Part shown: piece after piece, positions 38,525-48,462 of the stretch | Layout of the letters: the number at the start of each line of letters is the position of its first letter | Numbering within the stretch: position 1 is the first letter of the stretch | Source: Paramecium tetraurelia | Taxonomy: Eukaryota | Assembly: GCA_000165425.1 (NCBI GenBank) | Contig: CT868043.1 | Coordinates: forward strand, 186,001 to 234,462 | Direction of reading: 5' to 3' | DNA: 48,462 nt | The notes under the pieces: generated by a model | Seen by the model: the letters and a program-made list of their open reading frames with translations, nothing else | Told to the model about the DNA's origin: nothing | Database searches by the model: none | Program-made: the position numbers and the translations under genes

Positions 38525-39921
38525 TCAGGTTATAAATAATTTAGATTATAATCTAGGAGTACTATGAAAATACTTCATATCAGAAGTGTTTGTTGTTGGC
38601 AATCTTTCTGATTCCAATTTCAACAACATATCCCTTTTTTATCTCTCCATGTCCTCAATGACTTTCAATCTTCTCCTTTAGATTTCTAGTTTATTTTATC
38701 TAAAACAAGTTAATTTCATATTGTACATTTAATCCTGCAATCTCATATCCCTTTAAGAGATTCTTTATTCCAATTATTAAAGGTAGGATTATTTAAATTA
38801 ATCAGCCTTCATCACTTGAGATTGTTAAGTAAGCTATTTCTGATTCAATCTCAAGAGTTTCTGTTCAAGTTCTAATTGATTCTGATGTTGAACCAATTTA
38901 GATGTTTATTCTTTCAACAATTGCTTATTCAAGAGATTGAGAGATTTATTTCTAAATATGTTCTCAGATTTGGCCCTCACTTAATTCATTTATTGATGAT
39001 GTTCCAGTTCTTTATTATAATTATTTTGTAAGTCTGATAATCTCTTTTTCTCAATAAAATTTATCTTATCCTAAAAGTAATCCATCTTTTCTTTTAATTT
39101 TCTGATTTTGGTCTAAAATATCTAATTAGATCTCTCTTTGATCAACTCTTAATGTTCTTAGGATTATTGAACCTTTTAAGTGAGTTAATCCATCTTTTCA
39201 TATTTTTATTTATAAATTTTATTAATCTTGCTTTCATAATTCTTCAACTTTTGCTAACAAATCTAAATACATATCTTAATTTACTTCTTGGATTCTTTTC
39301 ATCTACAATTAAATAGTTGGAATAGACATTTTGATTATGAGATTCATTTATTTGCATTGATGAATTTAAAGTCTACTACTTTAAACTCATGTATTCATTC
39401 ACTTATCTCTCTTTTTTTTCTTATTTTTCAAGATAGCGTATGTTGACTTTCCTTAGATTGTAATCTAATTAGTTAATCAAATCATCGGTTTTCTTTTTAA
39501 ACTCCTCGTATTTAAGTTTATTCTAGATTTCAAATATTCTGCGTTGGATCTCCTTCTCGTGTTGTTTCTACTCACTTGACCATACCTCATTTTATGCAGT
39601 CTTCTTTTCCTTTTTCTATTTTTGTACATCATGAAGTTGCTTTTATTTCTCTTACTAGATCTTGAGCTACTCATTCTAATATCGTTACGAGAGGATCTGA
39701 TTAACAGCAGTAAGTGTACTTGTTCTTACAATTTTCGATCTTTTGTTTCTATTTAAAGATTGCGATCGAAAATGTTATTCAATTTCTATTCATTTATTTT
39801 TCTCTACTTCGCCAAGAGCTCTTCATGTTTCAACAATACATCCATCTATTGATTCTAATTGATTTATATATATGGATTATACAAATTTCTCAATCATTTT
39901 CTCTGGATGTGGAGCATTCAT
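38525..39921 (-). CDS. Hypothetical Q/E/K-rich coiled-coil protein, several tiny introns
   Basis: Starts MNAPHPEKMIEKF with GTA..TAG/CAG introns near 39870 and 39710. The body is heptad-rich and it ends STPRLQSKLFIT-TGA. Confidence 0.7.
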
Positions 39922-40030
39922 TACTTTTTTAATTATATCATCTATTTTACTCTATCTATATTTAGTAAAAAGAGTGATTTATAATAGATATTTATTAAAT
40001 CTAAAATCAATATCCATTTGATTTCCAGTA

Positions 40031-40726
40031 TCATAGATATCTTCTCTTAAGTAAATTAATTAAAATGTCAATATGCTAAGTATTTTTGTTTTGAGTTTCC
40101 ATGGGCTTAGGCGATCTCAATTTCAATGGATTGATATTATTCTTTTTATAAATTTGTTGCATTTGTTTAGAAAAATCTAATATCTCAGGAACCGAAGGAA
40201 AATCTTATTTAACTTTTTCGGGGCGTATTTTCTTATGACCCAATAAATCATTTAGTTTTTTAATGCTCAAATGTTCATTCAATTATTACGATTCGCTGTA
40301 TTCTACTTCAGTTATACTTTTTTTATTTTCCTTGTTTTTCAATGGACTCATCATAGGTTCCACTGACATTCTATTCTTTGATAACTCATGCGCAGAATAG
40401 CCTTGAATTATGGAAGGTAGCTTTTGCCTTACGAATTTTCTTTACTATCCTTATTCGAATTAATTTTCTGAGTATATCTATCTATGCACAACTGATGGGC
40501 CGTAGCGAAAAGAAAGTATTTTTCTTTCAGTCACACTCCCACCCAAAATAGGTATTTGATGTAAATTAGACGGAGAAACATCAGTTATACATCTAAAATC
40601 AGAGCTCATTTAATTTAAATTTCTTTGAATTGAAATACTCTTCACTTTCTTGCTTTTCTATAATGCTCTTCTAGATCGAGGTTCTTATTCATTATTTATA
40701 TTAAGATGTAAATCAAAATTATACAT
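40031..40726 (-). CDS. Hypothetical protein, ~231 aa
   Basis: Open 696-nt code 6 frame MYNFDLHLN...LINLLKRRYL-TGA. No domain was recognised, and the start could be the downstream ATG near 40609. Confidence 0.65.
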
Positions 40727-40735
40727 AATTTTATA

Positions 40736-42769
40736 TCATTAATATTTAAATCCATTTTAATTTCCAAATAACAAAGGTTATTCATTCTCGGTAAGTATGT
40801 AAACATTATTGCATTACACAATAGCACTTTGAGTGTTGAACTCAATCGAATTTGGCAACTCTTTCGACTTCTACAGTGTCTTCGTCTTCAAATTGAGAAT
40901 CTTATTATTAATTCAAATCAAATACCTATGTTTCATTACTCTTAACATCATGGACTGATCCGCCAAGAATTAGTATCTGATCATATGAAGTCTTGATGGC
41001 ACAACTATTAAATGGCAACCTCAAATATCCATTAGACAAGAATTTGAACTCTACTTTAGTCTTAAATCAATAATAAACATATCATACCCAAGAATTCTTC
41101 TGAATATCATATGATTCGATTGAGTTGCATGGAGTAAAGATATCGCATTTGCCACCTATCTTAAACAATGTATTGTGATCTATTGCAACCAATGCACACC
41201 CACTACATTTGAAGTAAGGATCCTCAATTGTTTACCATCTCTTTGTGTTTAAATCTAGTTTCTCAGCCTTAGCCATAGATGTATTTTCATCATTAGTTGA
41301 TGATCCACCGACAACAAATAGGAAATTGCCAACCTAACAAGCAGAAGTCATTGATCTCGGCAGGACCATTTCTGAATGTAAACTTAACTATAAAGTGGTA
41401 TGATTAAACTCATAAACCGACGCAATAGCTTTGAATCTCGATTTATCTCTATCAACTCCACCGATAACTAAATGTTTACCTGAAGAAGTAGTGTATAGTC
41501 TGTGAAATAAGGGGATCTTTGTTGTACTATTAATAGTTTCAATCCTATATTGCTCTGATTATATGTCATAGATATAGGCAGCATAACCGCCTTCCTCTAA
41601 TCTGACAAGCACTTATTATTCATCATCTTTAAAGTGATTTGAATGATTAATCTGGTATTTTGCTTCATCATTTGTAAGGCTTTCAGAGATTAATGTTATT
41701 GGATTTACCAGAGGAGGTGGTATTTCAGAGACACGAGTTAATTTTACTGTAGATTGATTTGATTTATCATCAAATTTAAGACTTTTGTTGATTGAATGAT
41801 TATTAATTTACTGATTGCTTGGTTATTAGGTATTCTTGATAAAATAACACATCTTTTTACAATATGTTTAAAAGAGTTCAATATTGTTTTTATCAAAAAT
41901 TATTTTAATTTGAGATTACTGATAATTTTCGATTAATCTATCTAAAGAAATAAGACTCTTGTCAGAGAATAATTATTATTTGGCATCACATATTTAGATG
42001 ACAGCCCTAACATAGTTATCATTGTGCAAATCTTCTTATAATTTACTAAGTTTATGTTGTTACTATTGGATATCTTATTCTATTTAATTTAACTATTTTA
42101 AGTATTCTTCTTAATTTTGATCTTTTAAATCTTTGTACAATGTTTCAAAATAATCATCTATGATATTTGAGATTTATTCATGGATTGATCTCAATTGCCC
42201 AAGATTATTATTATAAATAATAGATGGTTGTTCTTAGAAATACTTCTTACAATCTAATAATTTAAATTACAGCGATTTGGATATTTCATCTATCTTATAA
42301 GTGTTATCTTTTCTGACTCTTTGAATGTTTTCCAATTTGGGAACTCTTCCTTTCTTTTAGTGCATCTCAAGATGTTCATTGATGCATTCTGGACAGAGGG
42401 GTTCGATACAATTCTAAAAGAGAATTACAATGAAACATACTTGTTCCTGGCATAGATTAGTAATGAAGAATTCTGGATGAGTTGGACATGGAACATACAT
42501 GAAATTCGCAAATTAAGTCATGTTGGACATTTTACTAGTGTTGTTAATATTGACTTCTCCTAAGATACTGCCAATATCAGATTGGTCAACGTTAATTATT
42601 TTAGATTTGACTTATTAAGTAGGTGGCAATTTCTTATGATTCTGAATTGTAATTTAAAATTAGTTACTTGCTCATTCTCTTGAGTGTTCTGTCTTTCATG
42701 TGGAGAGACATACCTTTTGGATGCACTATGACTCCGACTGTCATTTAAGGGGGATTGAGACCTATTCAT
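40736..42769 (-). CDS. B-box zinc finger + coiled-coil + Kelch-repeat protein
   Basis: B-box-like CPTHPEFFITNLCQEQ/NCIEPLCPECINEHLEMH, a coiled coil, then Kelch blades with GG motifs (LVIGGVD, FVVGGSS, LFKIGGK, ILILGGS). Introns include 42414-42440 and ~40901-40925. Confidence 0.85.
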
Positions 42770-42789
42770 AAATATTCAAATTTTATAAT

Positions 42790-43825
42790 ATGTTAAATTT
42801 AATTTTCATTCTTGTTTCAGGAATTTATTCTCAAGAACCAGAACTTTGCTATAAATTAGATGGTCATTTATGTGTGAACAACCAAATAGCAGACACGACA
42901 TTTGTGCCCTTGGATTCAACTATAGGTTTATGGAGATTCGACAAGAATCAGATGGATGATAGTCAATTGTTAAACCACCTATTATAACCTTGTGAGCTTG
43001 GTCCAGGTAGAGGAGCTGTTGGCAATTCTGCCTATTATAGTGGAGAGCAATATTCGATAATCCCACATCATGATTAATACCATGACATAGTCACAATCTC
43101 AATGTGGATCTACCCATTGTCCTCATAGTAGTCATTTACAACCATTTTGCGTAAGGCTTTAAAGTCTACCGAATATACTCCAACTATTTTGTTGTGGCCA
43201 TTTCATGATGAGGCCAATGTTGGAGGGGGACAAATAGAAGTGATAGTTAGTACATCATATGACAAGGAGAACCTGCGTAGTAAGGGGAGTGTGACTGGCA
43301 GGAAGTGGAATCATTTAGCAATTGTCTTGTAAGGTTTAAGCATTGATTTATATATAAACGGTATTCACGACAATGTATTGTCTTTGAAGGCCAGACCCTT
43401 GAAAAACGATGGACCCTTTTATGTGGGAGGAGATCCCTGGTTCAACGGTCCTCTATTATATTTAGATGATTTAACCTTCTACAACATACCATTCTTATGT
43501 ACAATTATTATATATTTACATATAAGAATTGGAAATCAGCAAATTAGTTAATTTCCCTGGACAAGTAAACAATAGACTGTTCTATTTGGGTTGTGATGGA
43601 TGCAATTACCATCAGAGTTTGAGTAGTTGTAAATAAGGATGGCATTTGTGTTCTCTGTCTGAATTAACATCTGGAATATATATGCATGCTCGTTAAAATG
43701 GTTGGTTGCGATTAACAAAGGATTTTTGGTCAAGAGTGGATGAAATAGATTAAGAATTGGCGAAGAACTATTTAGATCCTCAAAAAACAAAGGCTGCTAT
43801 TTGTTGTTCAGATTCTTTTTATTGA
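42790..43825 (+). CDS. Secreted LamG/concanavalin A-like jelly-roll protein with a Cys-rich C-terminal module, one intron (~43499-43526)
   Basis: Signal peptide MLNLIFILVSGIYS, then GLWRFD, TISMWIYP, KWNHLAIVLQGLSIDLYING, FYVGGDPW and LYLDDLTFYN. The C-terminus reads LGCDGC...CKQGWHLCSLSEL...AAICCSD. Confidence 0.85.
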
Positions 43826-43849
43826 TTTATTATTGGAATTAATATTACC

Positions 43850-44590
43850 ATGGCTTACTCCCATAATAGTAATAATTAATATATGTAAAATACTAATTTG
43901 ATTTCATTAAAATCAAATACTCCCACTTGTATCACTGTGTCCATTGAGATCAATCCTAATAAATACAAAAAGAAATGCATTTTGTACATCATTGTCTATC
44001 AATAATAACGCAAGATCAGCACTCATCAGATACTCCAACCATTTCCTAATGAATATACAATCAGACAGTTAAAACATCAAAGTATGTACACTCTGAAGAT
44101 TAGACTGGAACATGGACAGGAGAATCTATTGCAGACTTTGCATTGCAACACTAAGTCAGATGCAAATGTTGTCATTGCAAGTGTCCAATAACATTCGCAC
44201 TTAATCAGAGACCCAGTATCTTCCAATAGTGAATAACAATTAGTGGATGTGATTGCTGCTGAAAATGAGGGAATCAATATATTCGAGAACAGACAAGAGA
44301 TCAAATCCATGATCCAGAAGGCTCGGAACAACTCTTCTGCCAAGGGATTCATTTATTCGGAATACAAAGTCAATAAGCCACCTGAATTGAAGCAAGAGAG
44401 ATTGAAACGCATTTGGATGATCTCGAAAGGATAGGAGTTCTTTGATGAGGTGTATGGCAACATCGATCCTGGCTTCCAATTCCTCAAAAATGATTGGTTT
44501 ATGGGACCATTTTACAGTTATGATCCTAATGAAGAATTATTACGTAAAAATTAAGAAAACCGTGATTTGTAAATTAATTAATCATTATGA
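43850..44590 (+). CDS. Hypothetical protein (~246 aa), possible N-terminal fibronectin type III-like fold
   Basis: Open 741-nt code 6 frame; EYTIRQLKHQSMYTLKIRL resembles the FN3 E-F strands. An alternative start exists at 43883. Confidence 0.6.
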
Positions 44591-44620
44591 CATTATATTG
44601 TATTTAAAATTTAACATCAA

Positions 44621-45710
44621 ATGGAGGCTTTTTTTGATTTTAGGTAATCATCCTCATTCACTCTAGTTATTTCGAAGATCTAAGAAAGATTTGCTCACAG
44701 GATACTTACAGAGAAAAATTGAGGCTCTTTCTTTTTAATCCATATATGGAAATGAAGGAGCACCAAGAAACTGTGGATCTCTTCATTGAATATGTAATAT
44801 ATTGCTCATCTCATTTAGGCCGAATTGTCTCAAGAATATGGAATCACTTTTGAGCATATGATCAATCATAACATTGGTATTAAGGAGCCTTAATTCTACC
44901 ATTACTTTTTCAATAAACTCAAAGACACAAATTACAGAAAAGCTCTTTAATGTATTCAAATGGCTAAGCAGTATTATTTTACATATATAATTATAAAATA
45001 GATTCTGCTACTCGAATTTCGAGTAAATAGATAGCATGAACAAAGAATTGGAAAACATCCTACTCTTCCAATTTGAATCCTATTACTATTCGCAAAACTA
45101 CTCCAAAAAACAAATAGAAGAGAAACTCAAACAATTTGAACTCAAGTTTTACTAATCCAAAAATAAGAGAATCTAAATCCACATCGATGAACAATTCAGA
45201 AAATTGGATCTCAAAGCTATCATCCATGAAATTGAGTCATTCAAAGAAAATAAGTGCAATTCCAATGCATCCACTCAAATCCCCATCTCTCAATCCTACC
45301 ATCATCTGAACCCTGAAGAATCAGATTTCAATTGCCAACTAGAATCCAAGGAATTCAAACTACTCAAACCCAAATTCCAAAACAATCGCAGCAACCTTCA
45401 AATCATCACCCAATCCCCTAATTTCTCCAATGACATTGCTCTTTCAGAAGAAATCAATAAACTCACCCCAATCAGTTCCTCTTCCACATCCAGCAGGTAC
45501 ATCTTTAAAATCAACAACAATTATAACATCAAATCCACCCAATAACAAAAATTAATCATACCCATACCCATCATCAATCAATAGATCAGTCCCTTAAAAT
45601 CATTCAGTCGAATGAAGTACAAAAGCATCTAGAAGCTCAGACAATTAATTTTTGAAGACAATGCGCAAAGCTCTGTCAAGGAACCCTTAAAATTTGAATC
45701 ACCTTAATGA
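44621..45710 (+). CDS. Mad3/Bub1 N-terminal TPR-like domain protein without a kinase domain, ~336 aa, introns 44644-44666, 44794-44818 and 44971-45001
   Basis: DLFIEYAELSQEYGITFEHMINHNIGIKEPQFYHYFFNKLKDTNYRKALQCIQMA resembles Mad3_BUB1_I. A KEN lies downstream at 45243-45251, followed by an S/T-P-rich disordered tail. Confidence 0.6.
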
Positions 45711-45754
45711 TATTTGTGTATACTTAATCTATAAACAAAATAATTTATTTAATC

Positions 45755-46887
45755 ATGTATTGCTTTTTTAAAACCACAACAACAACCAAAAGAAGTTTTC
45801 TTGAACTCTAACCTATGGTTTCCTAGTTGCAACAACATGAAGTCCTAGCAATACAGTATGCAGAACATCTGAGAAATTAAATTATGTTCGGCAACTTTTA
45901 ATTAATTCCAACTTATATTTAAACTTTCTTTAACAACTTGGTATCAACATTAGATATAATAATTAGAGGCCAATCCTAAATAGACAATCATTCTTCCATC
46001 CTTAATTCGAATATCAACCAATTGTAAGCAACTCTTAATTGAAGTCTCCATAAAGTAATAAAATACTCTATTTCAGATAGTTAAGAAGCTTTTGAAGTAG
46101 ATTACTTAATGTTATTATACACATTCTGTTGTGAATCTTTGTGTCATTCATTTGAGCAAATCAAAAATATTAGATAGGCAATTATTGAAGACAGATTACC
46201 GAATCCTAACGATGTAGCCTACATTCTTGAAAAATTGAAAGCAGCATACGCTTTGATCAAACATGCCCAAGTGAATTCAAATTCACTACTACCGAACTTA
46301 CGTAATCAAAGGCCTTAAGAATTTAAAGAATTTACAGAAAAATTTTTTTTTAGATTTAATACTTACATTATTGTGATGACAAACTTAATCTATTTTGAAA
46401 AATTGAGGGAAACGAATAATTATTAGAATTTGATTAGGCGATAAAATTTATGTGGTACAATGGTAAATATGTTAATATAATTTGGGAATTTATACGACGA
46501 TCGATTAGGATAGTACTTATATTACTTATCATTCTACCTAAAATGCCTAGGTTACAAATGTATAATTGATAGGTACGAGTACCAAATTTAATAAAATGAT
46601 TATGCAGAGAAAAGTAATTGGATATTTATTAAATTCAAGGTTATACTGTTATGAGTTAAGAAATCCTAGAAATAAGTTCAGAAATTAAAAACATTTGTTA
46701 AATAATATTAGTGACAAGGGATTTGAATGAAGATTATATGGATGTATTCAAAATATAGGCGGAAAGATGGATTCAATTTTCAGATACTCAAGTTAGAGTT
46801 TATTCAGGCACTAAAAGAAATCAATAAATAATCTATACTAATGATTCGATTTTACTAAACTCTGGCCATTTTAATTGTTTGGATTGA
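45755..46887 (+). CDS. All-helical hypothetical protein, possibly a divergent BRO1 domain, ~352 aa, 3 introns
   Basis: Introns 45941-45966, 46055-46076 and 46614-46639 give an open frame. The segments AFEVDYLMLLYTFC and LEKLKAAYALIKHA recall BRO1 helices; the family call is weak. Confidence 0.6.
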
Positions 46888-46992
46888 TTAATTATGAGAT
46901 GTTACTCAATAATTCTATTTTTCACTTTATAATATATCATCCCAGATTTGTATTTTATTATTAAATATTCATTTGGAATACTCATAACGAAA

Positions 46993-47905
46993 ATGGATAT
47001 TTAACTCAGATACTAGAATGATTAGACTGTCTTTAATGGAGTGGAATCATATGACGATCTTCAATAAGAAATCTAATTAAAATATCCACTCTTGATAAAT
47101 ATTGAATTGACGTATTAAGATGAAGAGGGCGATGTAATTTAGGTCTCAAATACAAGTGACATTATTGCGATAGTAAGAGTATGATTGATGATTTAAAGAC
47201 AGATTTAAGTAAAGTGATCCTTTAAATGGATGCTTAAATTGATTATGTAAAGTTGGGAGAATTAGAAAGACTTGAAAGAGAGGAAGATTAAAGATAGAGA
47301 TTACTTCAAGATAGAAGAAATCTATTGTAATATGTATATCTATTTTAAGTAATCATTTAGGAAATAAAAAAAGAAATGGAAAATTATGAAATATTTAATT
47401 TAGAGAAGAGTGCGAATGAAAGTAAATACAATGAAGAAATTGAAGAACTAATGGATCGCTGCAAAAAACTGAAAGATACAGAGAGAGAACCTATTATAGA
47501 TTTTAAAATAATCTTTTAGAATTCAAACATATTAGGTCTCATTAGAGAGAAGGAATCGAATTTATTGTTAATGGAAGTATAATTTGATTTCATATTTTAT
47601 AGGACAAAACAGGTTTCGACACTAAATTACAGTCAATCCAAAGGGAGGTTGATGATGCATTTGGAAACCTGTTGTAATAAAGAATTTTGGATCATCAGGC
47701 TAAGCATAACAATTGGATAGAAAAAAAATGCTAAATTAACAAGATTTACCAAGAATTGCAGATATTGGAGACTGAGAAACAGGAGCAATTGGAAAGATTG
47801 GATATGATATTGAAAAGATCATAAGAAAATATGGCCAAAATGAAGGCATAGTTAAATTAACCTCCAAGCAATGATGATTATTAATTTGATTCATTTATGT
47901 TTTGA
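46993..47905 (+). CDS. PB1-domain + coiled-coil protein, ~277 aa, 3 introns
   Basis: N-terminal PB1 with the acidic OPCA motif LTYQDEEGDVIQVSNTSDI. Introns lie at 47173-47198, 47334-47360 and 47577-47602. Confidence 0.82.
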
Positions 47906-48028
47906 TAGAGTTGAGTCTTCCACCCTATTATTATAAAATTTGTTAAGATGATATAGAAATATTAAAGAATTAGGAGTGATATGTGAATTAAATACAATTA
48001 AATCCGTTTTTATAATATTTTATTAAAA

Positions 48029-48462
48029 ATGAGAAGTTCGGCATTAGTCATATGTATACTAGTGTTGGGAAGTGGTAATATTGTATAACATTCTAGCCCT
48101 GTCTGCTGAATTGGATTTGGGTACATCCTTATTATCTATGGATTTATCTGATGTGGCCCTTCTGGATACTACATCGATGAGTTGTTCCACACCCCAGAAC
48201 GAATTTGAGAGAGTCTCTGCTTAAGTGGCAGCTTGGGCTGATATTGTTCAACATAAGGATTCCTTACATCGAGATATCGATAGATTAGAGACCATCAAAG
48301 AACTCATACAAGAGAGAAAGTTCAAATCATTAGAGAAGTAGTTGAATAAATTGGAATTGCCAAAGACAGAAAGCAAAATCGGAGAACCTATTTTGGCAGA
48401 GTTCAGACAGAAGCTCTAAGGATTGAGCAACCCAGAAACTGCTGATGAATGTGAAGCTACTT
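48029..48462 (+). CDS. Secreted protein, 5' part only (runs off the window end)
   Basis: Signal peptide MRSSALVICILVLGSALSA across a 22-nt intron (48075-48096). The frame stays open to the end of the window. Confidence 0.8.

Overview
AT-rich, very gene-dense eukaryotic DNA that reads as a ciliate macronuclear (somatic) chromosome segment, most likely Paramecium. Long frames open only if TAA/TAG are read as Gln (nuclear code 6, TGA the only stop). Genes are split by tiny 22-31 nt GTA...(T/A/C)AG introns, and many intergenic gaps are only tens of bases. The supplied ORF track used TAA/TAG as stops, so most of its ORFs are fragments or antisense shadows. Re-reading by hand gives 24 gene models plus one pseudogene. 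They are: an EBS/SHL-like BAH-PHD protein, a Ser/Thr kinase, a PGPGxY (SHIPPO/ODF3-like) repeat protein, a divergent importin-alpha, a CDPK, a histidine-kinase-like membrane protein with degenerate catalytic motifs, an EF-hand pseudogene, a small Cys-rich surface protein, a P5B ATPase, a WD40-like protein, a compact VPS13 head-to-head with KU80, a giant Ig-like plus coiled-coil protein, a NACHT-like protein with dead Walker motifs, a FYVE-like/CaaX protein, a B-box/Kelch protein, a secreted LamG protein, a kinase-less Mad3/Bub1-TPR-like protein, BRO1-like and PB1 proteins, and several hypothetical proteins. No rRNA, tRNA, CRISPR array, transposon, telomere or clear retained IES was seen. All gene models are manual translations, and family calls come from motif recognition, not database searches.
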